Shown here: piece by piece, positions 20,223 to 29,506 of the stretch
How the letters are laid out: each line of letters starts with the position of its first letter
Position numbering within the stretch: position 1 is the stretch's first letter
Made by a program: the position numbers and the translations under genes
Notes under the pieces: model-generated
What the model saw: the letters and a program-made list of their open reading frames with translations, nothing else
Database searches by the model: none
Told to the model about the DNA's origin: nothing
DNA from: a bacterium
GTDB taxonomy: Bacteria > Zixibacteria > MSB-5A5 > GN15 > FEB-12
Direction of reading: 5' to 3'
Length of the DNA: 64,000 nt
NCBI GenBank assembly: GCA_030605565.1
Contig: JAUWIB010000089.1
Span: forward strand, 76,197 to 140,196

Positions 20223-21194
20223 ATGAGAATCGGAAATCTGAAGTTGGCCGGTCGGGTTGTCTGTGCGCCGCTGGCGGGCATTTCCAACCGGCCTTTCCGG
20301 GTGATGGCGTTGAAAGCAGGCGCTGCCATGACTTTCACGGAGATGATTTCATCGGAGGGTCTGATCCGCAATCAAGGTAAAACCCGATCTATGATGGCCT
20401 TCAAACAAGACGAACAGCCGCTTGGGATACAGCTATTTGGCGCCAATCCTGAAAGCATGCGACGAGCTGCACAGATCACTGTGGATGAGTTCGGCCCGGA
20501 CATGGTCGACATCAACTTCGGCTGTCCGGTCAGGAAAGTGGTCAACAAGAACGGCGGCGCGGCGGCGCTGAAGGATTTGGGGTTGACCCGCGAGATTATC
20601 GCGGCGGTGGTGGAAGGAGCCGGCGCCACTCCCGTCAGCATCAAAATGCGCACCGGCTGGGCAGGGTCAAGCCCTGTTTATCTGGAAGCAGGACGTATCG
20701 CCAAGGAAGAAGGGGTCTCGGCCGTAACCCTTCACGCTCGAAGTAAGGCTGATGGATTCAGCGGCAAAGCCGACTGGTCGGCGATCAAACGTCTCAAAGA
20801 GGCGGTGGATATCGTCGTGATTGGCAACGGCGACGTGCGGACGCCGCTCGATGCCCGACGGATGCTTGACGAAACCGGCTGTGACGCTGTCATGGTCGGA
20901 CGAGCGGCGATGGGCAACCCGGACATCTTTAGACAGATGCATCACTATCTCGAGACCGGCGAACTGGTCGATGAACCCACTCTTGCCGAACGCATCGAAA
21001 CGGCGAAACGCCACGCGCGATTAATGGTTGAGGAGTACGGGGAAGAGCGCGGCATGAAGATGATGCGTCGCTATTTGGGTTGGTACGTCAAAGGCTTCCC
21101 CGGCGCTGCTACGCTACGCCCAAAGCTGTTCAAAGTGGATCGACTGACGGATGTGGATGAGGTGTTGGGGGAGTATGTAGCGGGGATGGGATGA
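20223..21194 (+). CDS. dusB: tRNA-dihydrouridine synthase (DusB-like)
   Basis: APLAGISNRPFR and DINFGCPVRKV are present with a TIM-barrel Dus pattern. I moved the start to ATG 20223 (MRIGNLKL). Confidence 0.9.
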   Translation: MRIGNLKLAGRVVCAPLAGISNRPFRVMALKAGAAMTFTEMISSEGLIRNQGKTRSMMAFKQDEQPLGIQLFGANPESMRRAAQITVDEFGPDMVDINFGCPVRKVVNKNGGAAALKDLGLTREIIAAVVEGAGATPVSIKMRTGWAGSSPVYLEAGRIAKEEGVSAVTLHARSKADGFSGKADWSAIKRLKEAVDIVVIGNGDVRTPLDARRMLDETGCDAVMVGRAAMGNPDIFRQMHHYLETGELVDEPTLAERIETAKRHARLMVEEYGEERGMKMMRRYLGWYVKGFPGAATLRPKLFKVDRLTDVDEVLGEYVAGMG

Positions 21195-21270
21195 AGTGGG
21201 CTTGAGCGAGACCCATCAGAACCTACGGGGACAAGAGGCGTTGCATCAGGTTCATCCCTTGAATGCGAAC

Positions 21271-21299
21271 TTGACACTCAATTCACCTGTCTGTAATAT
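21271..21299 (+). promoter_or_regulatory. Near-consensus sigma70 promoter candidate for the dcm-orf-vsr operon
   Basis: TTGACA (21271-21276), a 17-nt spacer and TAATAT (21294-21299) lie 68 nt upstream of the dcm ATG. Confidence 0.4.
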
Positions 21300-21366
21300 G
21301 TGATTGTAATAACTGTCCCCGATAGTTAGCTTGGAGGGGCAGTGAAGAATTAACTGGCGGTCATTG

Positions 21367-22458
21367 ATGAACGAAACACGTAGCCTACCACCGTTTCTCG
21401 ATTTTTTTGCGGGTAGTGGCCTTGTATCTGAGGGGTTGAAGGCGTATTTCACTCCAGTTTGGGCAAACGACATTTGTAAGAAGAAGGCTGCGGTCTACTG
21501 TGCGAACCACAGCGAGCGTAACTTCAGTCTTGGAGCTATTGAGAATGTCAGAGGCCTTGATTTGCCAGTCGCACGACTTTCTTGGGGCAGTTTCCCTTGT
21601 CAGGACTTGTCTCTTGCTGGGAACATGAAGGGTATTTCCAGTAATCGAAGTGGTTTGGTTTGGCAGTGGCTTCGCGTCATGGACGAAATGAGTTGTCGAC
21701 CGCCGATTGTTGTGGCAGAGAATGTCGTTGGCCTAGTGTCACTAGATGGCGGATCCCATTACAGGAGTCTTCATTGTGCCCTTGTTGATCGAGGTTACAG
21801 AGTTGGTGCTATTGTCTTGGATGCATCGAAATGGGTCCCTCAGTCCAGAAAACGGGTCTTCGTCGTTGCTGTTCACCCGGGTTTTCAGACGAGCACATTT
21901 GAATCCTGTCAACCGACGTGGTGCCACCCAGCCCCCATAAGAAGGATTGCTGCTAAACTCCCAGATTGGGTTTGGTGGCACCTACCAGAACCACCGGCGA
22001 GGCGATTGCGACTTGAGGACATAGTGGATTTCGACCTACCTTGCGACGACGAATCGAAGAGAACACGGCTTCTCGAGTTCATTCCCCCGAGCCATCGAGG
22101 CAGACTTGAGAAGGCGCGCAAGTGCGGTTACACTACGTTTCCCGGTTACAAACGTGTTCGTCACGGAAAACAGGTTCTTGAGCTAAGATTCGACGGCCTT
22201 GCTGGTTGTCTCAGAACGCCTGAGGGTGGAAGCAGTAGACAGTTTCTAGTACTCGCACACAGTGGATCGTTTGAGACACGATTACTGAGTGTGAATGAGG
22301 CCGCTGCGCTTATGGGTGTCAGAAAGGGCTACAGAATCCCCGGATCCTACAATGATGGTTACAGAGCTATGGGGGATGCGGTCGCTGTTCCTGTCACACG
22401 CTATCTGGCAAAACACCTTCTCGCCCCGCTTTCTGGTCTATTAGGAGAACACAACTGA
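21367..22458 (+). CDS. dcm: DNA (cytosine-5)-methyltransferase
   Basis: The C5-MTase motifs are present: I FFAGSGL, IV FPCQDLSLAG, VI VAENVVGL, VIII QSRKRVFVVA and X GDAVAVPV. Confidence 0.9.
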   Translation: MNETRSLPPFLDFFAGSGLVSEGLKAYFTPVWANDICKKKAAVYCANHSERNFSLGAIENVRGLDLPVARLSWGSFPCQDLSLAGNMKGISSNRSGLVWQWLRVMDEMSCRPPIVVAENVVGLVSLDGGSHYRSLHCALVDRGYRVGAIVLDASKWVPQSRKRVFVVAVHPGFQTSTFESCQPTWCHPAPIRRIAAKLPDWVWWHLPEPPARRLRLEDIVDFDLPCDDESKRTRLLEFIPPSHRGRLEKARKCGYTTFPGYKRVRHGKQVLELRFDGLAGCLRTPEGGSSRQFLVLAHSGSFETRLLSVNEAAALMGVRKGYRIPGSYNDGYRAMGDAVAVPVTRYLAKHLLAPLSGLLGEHN

Positions 22459-23381
22459 TGAACCTGGAAGATCGTTTGCATCGATTTGTTCTTGAGCATA
22501 GAATGAGTGGCAAGGGTCCACTCTGTGTGGGGTTAGTGGTTACGCGGCACGCCAAGAACCTCGGCTTGCCTTTAGATCCGGATGGACTACTGACCAAAGC
22601 CCGTGGTCAAGTTATGGGACTGGGCAAATCAGCGGTGCAGGCGATTCTGGGAGACTACGGTATCGATAGAGTACTGGCTGAAGAAGGCGGCAGGACCAGT
22701 CGGGGTAGTGTTGGCAACATGAGACAGTATGTTGCGTTTCTAAATGAACTTCATGCGGCTGATAGGTTCGACCTCGAAGTTGTCGAAAGCTGGTGGATAG
22801 AACGTGTCAGAGAGTTCTTTGCGGGAAAGCCCTTCGTCTTGCACTTCGACTCATCAAAGTCATTTCGTTCAATAGTGAAGGATCTATTATCACAGGCGGA
22901 GAAGAGACAGGCGCAATCGAAGGGCTCGACATTAGTCGGCACTATGCTTCAACATTTGGTGGGCGCCAAACTCAATCTGCTTCTTGACACACCTGTTGAG
23001 CACCATGGCGCCGCGGTTGCAGATGATGCCTCAGGGCGGGGGGGAGACTTCCTTATTGAGGACGTGGTGATACACGTCACCACTGCCCCCACTGAGGCCT
23101 TGATTCGGAAATGCAAGCGTAACCTGGGAAACAGCTTCCGACCCCTCATAATCACCACCGAGAATGGTGCCTTGATCGCGATGGCTCTGGCTGATCAATC
23201 CGGGATTTCAGCCAGATTAGATGTTTTCGAGGCCGAACAGTTTCTGGCGGGCAACCTGTATGAAATAGGCAAATTCGGTCAGGCCGGTAGAAAAGCCACG
23301 GCAAAAGAGCTGGTTACCGAATACAACAAGATCATCGACGAGTGTGAAACCAATCCAAGTCTCAAGATTGACGTTGCATGA
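22458..23381 (+). CDS. Uncharacterised 307-aa protein; candidate cognate restriction endonuclease by position
   Basis: The gene sits between the MTase and vsr. Its start overlaps the dcm stop (TGATG) and its stop overlaps the vsr start (ATGA). It contains a possible degenerate nuclease core, GGDFLIEDVVIHVTT. The function is unproven. Confidence 0.45.
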   Translation: MNLEDRLHRFVLEHRMSGKGPLCVGLVVTRHAKNLGLPLDPDGLLTKARGQVMGLGKSAVQAILGDYGIDRVLAEEGGRTSRGSVGNMRQYVAFLNELHAADRFDLEVVESWWIERVREFFAGKPFVLHFDSSKSFRSIVKDLLSQAEKRQAQSKGSTLVGTMLQHLVGAKLNLLLDTPVEHHGAAVADDASGRGGDFLIEDVVIHVTTAPTEALIRKCKRNLGNSFRPLIITTENGALIAMALADQSGISARLDVFEAEQFLAGNLYEIGKFGQAGRKATAKELVTEYNKIIDECETNPSLKIDVA

Positions 23382-23794
23382 TGACCGACGTTTTTTCTCG
23401 GGCCAAGCGCAGCTGGATCATGAGCCGCGTCCGTGATAAGAATACCTCTCCAGAACTTGCAGTACGTTCCCTAGCCCATTCCCTCGGCTATCGGTTTCGA
23501 CTCCACAGAAGTGATTTACCAGGGAAGCCTGACATAGTATTCCCAGCCCGGCGAAAAGTGATTTTCGTCAATGGCTGCTTCTGGCACGGACATAAGTGTG
23601 CCAGAGGGAATCGCACACCTCAGACTAATCGATCTTACTGGCGCGATAAGATCAGACGAAACATGGAGCGAGATAAGAAACACAGGCGCTCACTCAGACG
23701 TCTGGGTTGGCGGACTTTGGTTATTTGGGAGTGTCAAATCAGGAACAAGCATAGGCTTGTGTCCCGATTAACGGGCTTTCTTGAAGAAGCTTAG
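23378..23794 (+). CDS. vsr: Very short patch repair endonuclease Vsr
   Basis: RSWIMSRVRDKNTSPE, GKPDIVFPARRKVIFVNGCFWHGH and the C-terminal VIWEC are present. Confidence 0.9.
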   Translation: MMTDVFSRAKRSWIMSRVRDKNTSPELAVRSLAHSLGYRFRLHRSDLPGKPDIVFPARRKVIFVNGCFWHGHKCARGNRTPQTNRSYWRDKIRRNMERDKKHRRSLRRLGWRTLVIWECQIRNKHRLVSRLTGFLEEA

Positions 23795-23887
23795 CTGCCC
23801 CCCCAACCCCTCACCAAAACTATTGCCTAAGCCGTTCGCGCTGCCTATATTAGGCGGCAAAATGTGTGTAACGACAACGACAGAATA

Positions 23888-23948
23888 GTAGGTCAGGAGC
23901 CCTGCGCTCCCGACAAAAGCCGTCAGGTCTCAGAGAGACCTGACCTAC
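23888..23948. repeat. Two GTAGG-headed REP-like hairpins
   Basis: gtaggtcaggagccctgcgctcccgac (23888-23914) has a relative at 60116-60144. gtcaggtctcagagagacctgacctac (23922-23948) has a 10-bp stem ending in CCTAC. Confidence 0.75.
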
Positions 23949-23961
23949 CAAAGGTGTACGA

Positions 23962-24921
23962 ATGAAAATACTGACCATTGCGCTGCAAAAAGAAGGCAAG
24001 CCGATACCGGCCTCATACGAACTGATCGAAGCCGCCAAATCACTCGGCGGTGAAATAATGACCGCCTACCTCTCCGACAGCGACGCCGGTGCATCCGACC
24101 TCGCCTCGCGGGGTGGTGGTAAAGTGTTGACCGTAACGCATGACAGCTTGAAGTTTTTCAACGACGAGGTTTACTGCAAAGTGCTCACGGCGCTAATCGA
24201 GAAGCATCAGCCCGAGGTCGTCCTGGGACCGGCCACGTTCTACGGCAAAGCGCTGTTAGGTCGGTTGGCGGCAGCCAACGGCGGGGCCATGGCATCCGAT
24301 ACTACCGGTCTGGTGATTGATGGCGACAAGCTGGTGGCGACACGACCTAACTACGGTGGCTCCGTGCTCTCGCGGATCGTCAAGAATGGCGGTGGGCCGT
24401 TCTTCGCTTCAGTGCGCGGTAAAGTGTTCCCGGAGTCGAAAGAGGGCGCCGGCGAACTGATTGCGGAAACCGTCGACGGGTCTGTCTTCGAGTCCAGGAT
24501 GACCGTCAAGGAGCGCAAGGTTGAGTCCACGGGCGCAGTGAATCTGACCGAAGCGGATGTCATAGTTTCGGCCGGTCGAGGAATGAAAGCCGCCGAGAAT
24601 CTGCCGTTGATAAGCGAACTGGCAGCGGCGCTGAGTGGCGCGGTGGGAGCTTCACGAGCTATCGTCGATGCCGGCTGGGCGCCGTATTCGCAGCAGGTCG
24701 GCCAGACCGGCAAGACGGTGAACCCCAAGCTATACCTGGCGGTTGGTATCTCCGGCGCGATCCAGCACCTGGTGGGGATGCGTTCCTCGCTGACAATCGT
24801 AGCGGTTAACAGAGATAAGGACGCGCCGATTTTCAACGTCGCCAATTACGGCATTGTCGGTGACGCTATGGAGATCGTGCCCGCTTTGACCAGCAAGTTC
24901 AAGTCTGAGTTGGGCGGCTGA
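23962..24921 (+). CDS. etfA: Electron transfer flavoprotein alpha subunit
   Basis: The N-terminal ETF domain and the C-terminal FAD-binding region (VSAGRGM...ASRAIVDAGW...QVGQTGKTV.PKLY.AVGISGAIQH) are present. Confidence 0.9.
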   Translation: MKILTIALQKEGKPIPASYELIEAAKSLGGEIMTAYLSDSDAGASDLASRGGGKVLTVTHDSLKFFNDEVYCKVLTALIEKHQPEVVLGPATFYGKALLGRLAAANGGAMASDTTGLVIDGDKLVATRPNYGGSVLSRIVKNGGGPFFASVRGKVFPESKEGAGELIAETVDGSVFESRMTVKERKVESTGAVNLTEADVIVSAGRGMKAAENLPLISELAAALSGAVGASRAIVDAGWAPYSQQVGQTGKTVNPKLYLAVGISGAIQHLVGMRSSLTIVAVNRDKDAPIFNVANYGIVGDAMEIVPALTSKFKSELGG

Positions 24922-24929
24922 TTGATGCC

Positions 24930-24949
24930 GGCAGATGTGGACATCTGCC
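24930..24949. repeat. Palindromic hairpin ggcagatgtggacatctgcc
   Basis: It lies 9 nt after the etfA stop. A 19/20-identical copy is at 57967-57986, and a related copy (ggcagacggggacgtctgcc) is at 35493-35512. Confidence 0.8.
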
Positions 24950-25038
24950 ACTCACAGATTATCAGGCAAACAAGAAGCCGAATCGACGACAACCAATTAT
25001 GAGTTCAGGACTCGGCTCTTTTTCGTTTCGTCAGTTTG

Positions 25039-26565
25039 TCAACGTTTCACAGTCTCGTCTCTGTATCTGCGGAATGTCCCCCATGCCCCCATCGTATCGA
25101 TGACTATAGTCTCTGTCACCTCGGCTGACGTACAGCAGTTTCCGACAGTCAGAGTGACGGTGTAGGTCCCGGTATCGGTGTATTGGTGTTCGACAATCAT
25201 ACCGGTATCCGAGAGGTTGTCGCCGAAGTTCCAGTTTCGCCCAAGCATTCCCCCTGGCGTAGTATCGGTGAATGTGAAGACGTCCGAGGTATACCCCTGA
25301 ATTCCAGCCGCTGTATCGGCATCGGGAGTCACGGTAAAACCGGCCAGGGAATTGTCAAATGGCCAGGAGACACACACCATCTTTACAACAGAGTGCTCGA
25401 TTGCAGTGTCGGCGTTGCATTCTCCGTAAGAAAATAATCTTATTGTATATTCACCGGCGGAGTCATAAGGATGACTCACTTTCACAGGCATAGAATCGTT
25501 CGGGTTGCTTCTCTTACCGTCACCGAAATCCCAAACAAGGCTATCGAATGATTCGATCATAACAGAGTCAGGGATGGCCGCCTCGAAATCTACAAAGAAC
25601 AACCAGAGCGAATCAAGACATCCCTGAATCAGACCTACGGCGCCGTCGGCCGTGATTGTGGCGAAGGCCGATCCCCAGACGACTATTGTGTCATCTAAGG
25701 TATCCGTTGACACCCCCCCTTCGCTGGAAGCAGTCAGTGTTACGATATACCGTCCGGGTTCTTCAAAAATGTATTGAAACGAGTCCGTATTGGCACTGTC
25801 ACCGGCAAAGCGCCAGTCTCTGGAGATAGTACTTTCATCAGCCCCTTGATAATCGGTGCTGTCGATAAAGGTTACGGTGAGCGGCTGGCAACCGTATAGT
25901 GGTTTGGCCGAAATGCGCGCTATCGGGCAGGGGTTGACGATTATCAAGCTGTCATATCCGATCACTTTAGTGCCGCATTCTCCCGTGACAGTGAGGGTGC
26001 AAGAATAGTGCCCGGCTGTATCGTAGACATGGGTTGGATTGGAGTCAGCGCTGACCGGACTGCCGTCACCGAAGTCCCAACTGAATTCGGTTATGCCGCC
26101 GTAATCAATCGGGGCGAAGGTAACTTCCATACCCTGGCAGCCAACGGTGGGGCTGGCAGTGAAACTATTGATGGTTGTGCCGACGATGATGAAGCGGTTC
26201 TTAACCTCGTTGTCAACGCCGGGTTCTTCATCGATTCCTTCGTAATTGCGGATGAACAGGGTAACCGTGTAAGTGCTGGCTGAATCATAAGTATGCGTGG
26301 GGTTGGTGTCGTTGGAAGAATCACCATCTCCGAAATACCACGACCATTCATCGTGCGGGCCGCTTGACTTGTCGATAAACGTTACGGTCAGCGGTACACA
26401 GCCGGAATCGACGCTGTTAGTATCCAACCCGAATTCGGCTGTCGGATGTCCGGCAATGGTGATTTCATTCACTTCAGTGACCAGCGTGTCACAGCCGGGT
26501 AACACCAAGCCGATCAGGCAGGCCGTAATGGCCATAAGCGGCAATAATCTACGAATTTGTATCAA
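25039..26565 (-). CDS. Lipoprotein with multiple PKD domains
   Basis: There is a signal sequence with a lipobox-like LVLPGC. PKD signatures repeat: WYFGDGDSSNDTNPTHTYDSASTYTVTL, WDFGDGSPVSADSNPTHVYDTAGHYSCTLTV, WDFGDGKRSNPND..., NFGDNLSD...HQYTDTGTYTVTLTV. Confidence 0.8.
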   Translation of the reverse strand: MIQIRRLLPLMAITACLIGLVLPGCDTLVTEVNEITIAGHPTAEFGLDTNSVDSGCVPLTVTFIDKSSGPHDEWSWYFGDGDSSNDTNPTHTYDSASTYTVTLFIRNYEGIDEEPGVDNEVKNRFIIVGTTINSFTASPTVGCQGMEVTFAPIDYGGITEFSWDFGDGSPVSADSNPTHVYDTAGHYSCTLTVTGECGTKVIGYDSLIIVNPCPIARISAKPLYGCQPLTVTFIDSTDYQGADESTISRDWRFAGDSANTDSFQYIFEEPGRYIVTLTASSEGGVSTDTLDDTIVVWGSAFATITADGAVGLIQGCLDSLWLFFVDFEAAIPDSVMIESFDSLVWDFGDGKRSNPNDSMPVKVSHPYDSAGEYTIRLFSYGECNADTAIEHSVVKMVCVSWPFDNSLAGFTVTPDADTAAGIQGYTSDVFTFTDTTPGGMLGRNWNFGDNLSDTGMIVEHQYTDTGTYTVTLTVGNCCTSAEVTETIVIDTMGAWGTFRRYRDETVKR

Positions 26566-26742
26566 CTATACGATCCCTTCCATAAAGCTCTTCTGTCTAT
26601 ATACACCCGAGCCGAGGCATCTGTCAAATTATTTGTGACGGCGCCTCATCGCGCCCGTCCGCACACCGGGCTTCGATTCAAGCTCAAGCCGGTTGCTGAC
26701 GACAATTCGAGTAAGATGAAAACACCACCGTAGGGAGATATC

Positions 26743-27882
26743 ATGGGCTTGTTGATTGAAATACTGGAGTGGACCGACCCGAGTGGCGAGGAAATGATCT
26801 ATCGGATTCCGCAGCAGGGTTCGGCTGACATCAAGATGGGTGCTCAGTTGATCGTGCGTGACAGCCAGATGGCTATGTTCTTCAAGAGCGGACACGCCGC
26901 CGATTCATTCACGACAGGACGGCACACCTTGTCGACTCTGAACCTTCCGATTCTGACCCGGCTGCTGGCTTTTCCGTTCGGGTTCAATTCGCCGTTTCGT
27001 TCCGAGGTTTACTTTGTCAACCTGAAAGTTTTCACCAACCTGAAATGGGGCACCAAGCATCCGGTGACGTTCAAAGACAGCAAGCTGGGGTTGATCAGGC
27101 TGCGCGGCCACGGCGCGTTTACTATCAAGATCCAAAACCCTCCTCTGTTCCTGAACTCGATCGTCGGCCGGCAGGCGCGCTACACCACGGATGAAATTCA
27201 GAGCTACTTACGCGACGTCATCATAGCCCGCCTGAACGACCTGTTAGGGGAGAAACTTGACACTATCCTCGACCTGCCCGCCATTTATACGGAACTGGCC
27301 GAGCAGTTCAAACAGATCGTGACCAACGAATTCGAAAAGTACGGCATGGAACTGGTGGACTTCTTCATCTCCTCCATCACGCCGCCGGAGGAAGTGGTCA
27401 AGATGATCGACCATCGGTCCGGGTTGGAAGCGGTCGGTGATCTTGACAAGTTCCTCAAGTTCGAGATGGCCAGAGGTCTGGGATCATCCGGCGGCGCGGG
27501 ACAGGCCGGGTCGGCTATGGGTATGGCCGCCGGGGTGGGGATAATGATGCCGGCCATGTTGTCGAAAGTTTTCTCTCCCGAACAGCAGGACCTCAAGCGC
27601 GAGTCGATCGCCACCGTGGCCTGCCCGGGCTGTCACGCCGAGACACCTGAGCAGTCGCGTTACTGCTATCGCTGTGGGCATCCCATGGTTGTGCAGAATC
27701 GATGCCCGTCATGCAGCAAGGAGTTGCCGACCGAAGCCAACTTCTGCCATTATTGCGGACATCAATTGGACGCCCGTGCGCAGTGCCCGCACTGTAGCGC
27801 CGAAGTGGTGCCGGGATCGAAGTTCTGCGGTTCCTGCGGCAAGGCAGTAAGCGGTGATGACGCAACTGACGCAGACAAGTAA
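26743..27882 (+). CDS. SPFH (stomatin/prohibitin-like) protein with C-terminal triple zinc-ribbon (COG4260 / YdjI-like)
   Basis: The N-terminus MGLLIEILEWTD...IYRIP...GAQLIVRDSQMAMFFKSG...VYFVNLKVFTNLKWGTKHPV matches the family. The C-terminus carries CPGCHAE..YCYRCG, CPSCSKE..FCHYCG and CPHCSAE..FCGSCG. Confidence 0.8.
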   Translation: MGLLIEILEWTDPSGEEMIYRIPQQGSADIKMGAQLIVRDSQMAMFFKSGHAADSFTTGRHTLSTLNLPILTRLLAFPFGFNSPFRSEVYFVNLKVFTNLKWGTKHPVTFKDSKLGLIRLRGHGAFTIKIQNPPLFLNSIVGRQARYTTDEIQSYLRDVIIARLNDLLGEKLDTILDLPAIYTELAEQFKQIVTNEFEKYGMELVDFFISSITPPEEVVKMIDHRSGLEAVGDLDKFLKFEMARGLGSSGGAGQAGSAMGMAAGVGIMMPAMLSKVFSPEQQDLKRESIATVACPGCHAETPEQSRYCYRCGHPMVVQNRCPSCSKELPTEANFCHYCGHQLDARAQCPHCSAEVVPGSKFCGSCGKAVSGDDATDADK

Positions 27883-29272
27883 GAACCTCAGCGGCTTCTA
27901 TATCGGCGTAGGCTGTCCCGGCTGTGGCGGCGAACTAAAGCTGGAGTCGGAATATTTTGTAATTTCCTGCGATCACTGCGGCTCGGTGCTCAGGGTGACC
28001 CAGCCGGAGATGCCGCCCGCCTACCTGGTCTCAGCGAAAACATCGAAGCGAGAGGCACGCTTCAGTATTGATCGCCACCTCAAAGAGCATGGTTTGCCCC
28101 TGACCGGCTCCGACCTGCGATTCAAATACCTCTACTACCCTTACTGGAAGATCGATGCTGTTCTGCTGAAAGTGCGCAACCGCATCGAAACGCGAGAGTA
28201 CGGACTCGATGAAAACGGCAACCCGCAACACGTGTCGGAGATGGATAAAACCGATGTCAGCCTGACCCCGTACAGCACCACTCTGCCCGCCGGGGCCCAT
28301 TTCGACGGCATTCCCGAAGGAATCGGTGTCAGAGCGAGCTATCTAAAGTTACTGCCTTTCTCAAGGGACAATACCCAGGATGGGTTCGATCCATTGCCGG
28401 TGGTCAAGCCCTGGTCCGAGGCCTGGCAGGAACTGCTTAAGCGTGTCAGCGGCCTGGCGCAACTCGATGAAGCAGCCTTTGGGAAAAATAGAACCGAGTT
28501 GTACCGCCCGGTGGCTTCGCTGGTTTATTTTCCGTGCATCGTGGTAGAGTCTTTTGCCGGTGGTGACTTCAATCGATTCGTGGTTGACGCCGTGACCGGT
28601 CGCTTGTTTGATCATATCGACCGATTCGAGGACTCTGACGATATCATCCCGGCGGAGCCATTCCAAATGGAGTTCGGTCAACTGGGTGTTGATTTCCATC
28701 GTTGTCCCAACTGCGCCGACGATCTGCCGCCGGAACAGTCGATTCTCTATGTTTGCAATAACTGCCATCAGATTGTATCACTCGAACAGCCTGCCGGGAA
28801 CGTCGGTTCTATTTCTGTAACGGTGGCCGAGGGCAACGCCACCGATCAACTGTTTCCATTCTGGTCATTGCAGATGGCGCCTGAAGCACATAGTCGCCTG
28901 CAACGTCTGTTCGGTGGTCTGTTTCGCTCCGACCGTCTGGTCATCCCGGCCTTTCGCACCGGCAACTTCGAAGCCATGTTCCGGTTGGCCAAACGGATGT
29001 CCACGGCTCTTCCGAGAATCGAACTGACCTCGGTTGAAAGCTTTGATCGCCGCTGCCGTCCGGTGTCAGTCGGATTGGCGGAAGCTCGGATGTTGGCCGG
29101 GATCATCACCTACCGGGCTGAACTCGATCGGTTGGCCGGAACCCTGGCTCAGAAAAGCGATCTGGAGGTTATCGGCGCCGATCTGTTCTACGCCCCCTTT
29201 CATCCCGAGAGCTATTTCTACGTCGACTCCGTAATGGGAGCCGTCACCTTTGAAAAAAACCTGATCGGTTGA
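27857..29272 (+). CDS. Zinc-ribbon protein, partner of the SPFH protein
   Basis: Two CxxC-x(n)-CxxC ribbons are present: CPGCGGELKLESEYFVISCDHCGS and CPNCADDLPPEQSILYVCNNCHQ. The gene overlaps the SPFH gene 3' end by 26 nt. I recognise no other motif. Confidence 0.6.
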   Translation: MTQLTQTSKNLSGFYIGVGCPGCGGELKLESEYFVISCDHCGSVLRVTQPEMPPAYLVSAKTSKREARFSIDRHLKEHGLPLTGSDLRFKYLYYPYWKIDAVLLKVRNRIETREYGLDENGNPQHVSEMDKTDVSLTPYSTTLPAGAHFDGIPEGIGVRASYLKLLPFSRDNTQDGFDPLPVVKPWSEAWQELLKRVSGLAQLDEAAFGKNRTELYRPVASLVYFPCIVVESFAGGDFNRFVVDAVTGRLFDHIDRFEDSDDIIPAEPFQMEFGQLGVDFHRCPNCADDLPPEQSILYVCNNCHQIVSLEQPAGNVGSISVTVAEGNATDQLFPFWSLQMAPEAHSRLQRLFGGLFRSDRLVIPAFRTGNFEAMFRLAKRMSTALPRIELTSVESFDRRCRPVSVGLAEARMLAGIITYRAELDRLAGTLAQKSDLEVIGADLFYAPFHPESYFYVDSVMGAVTFEKNLIG

Positions 29273-29506
29273 ACGCGGATCGGAACGTCCGGGGCTGTCG
29301 GCGGTACAAGATTCTGGATTAAGCGCGGCCCGTCGATTTGTCTTGCCTGACCAGTAGAGATTGACTATTATCGGGCCTGTGCACAGAACTGGAAACTGTT
29401 ACAACCCAATCGGATTTGGGATATTGACTGCACCTGATGACAAGACCTGCCGCCACTATTCTGTAACGTTCAGAGTGAGCGGCTGTTTTCTTTTTGGGAG
29501 AGTGCT

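Noticed and set aside
21195-23961. An integrative element or prophage fragment carrying the first R-M system.
   Set aside because: No integrase, transposase, tRNA target or flanking direct repeat is visible. Only the compositional shift and the self-contained operon support horizontal origin, so I report it as an island, not a mobile element.
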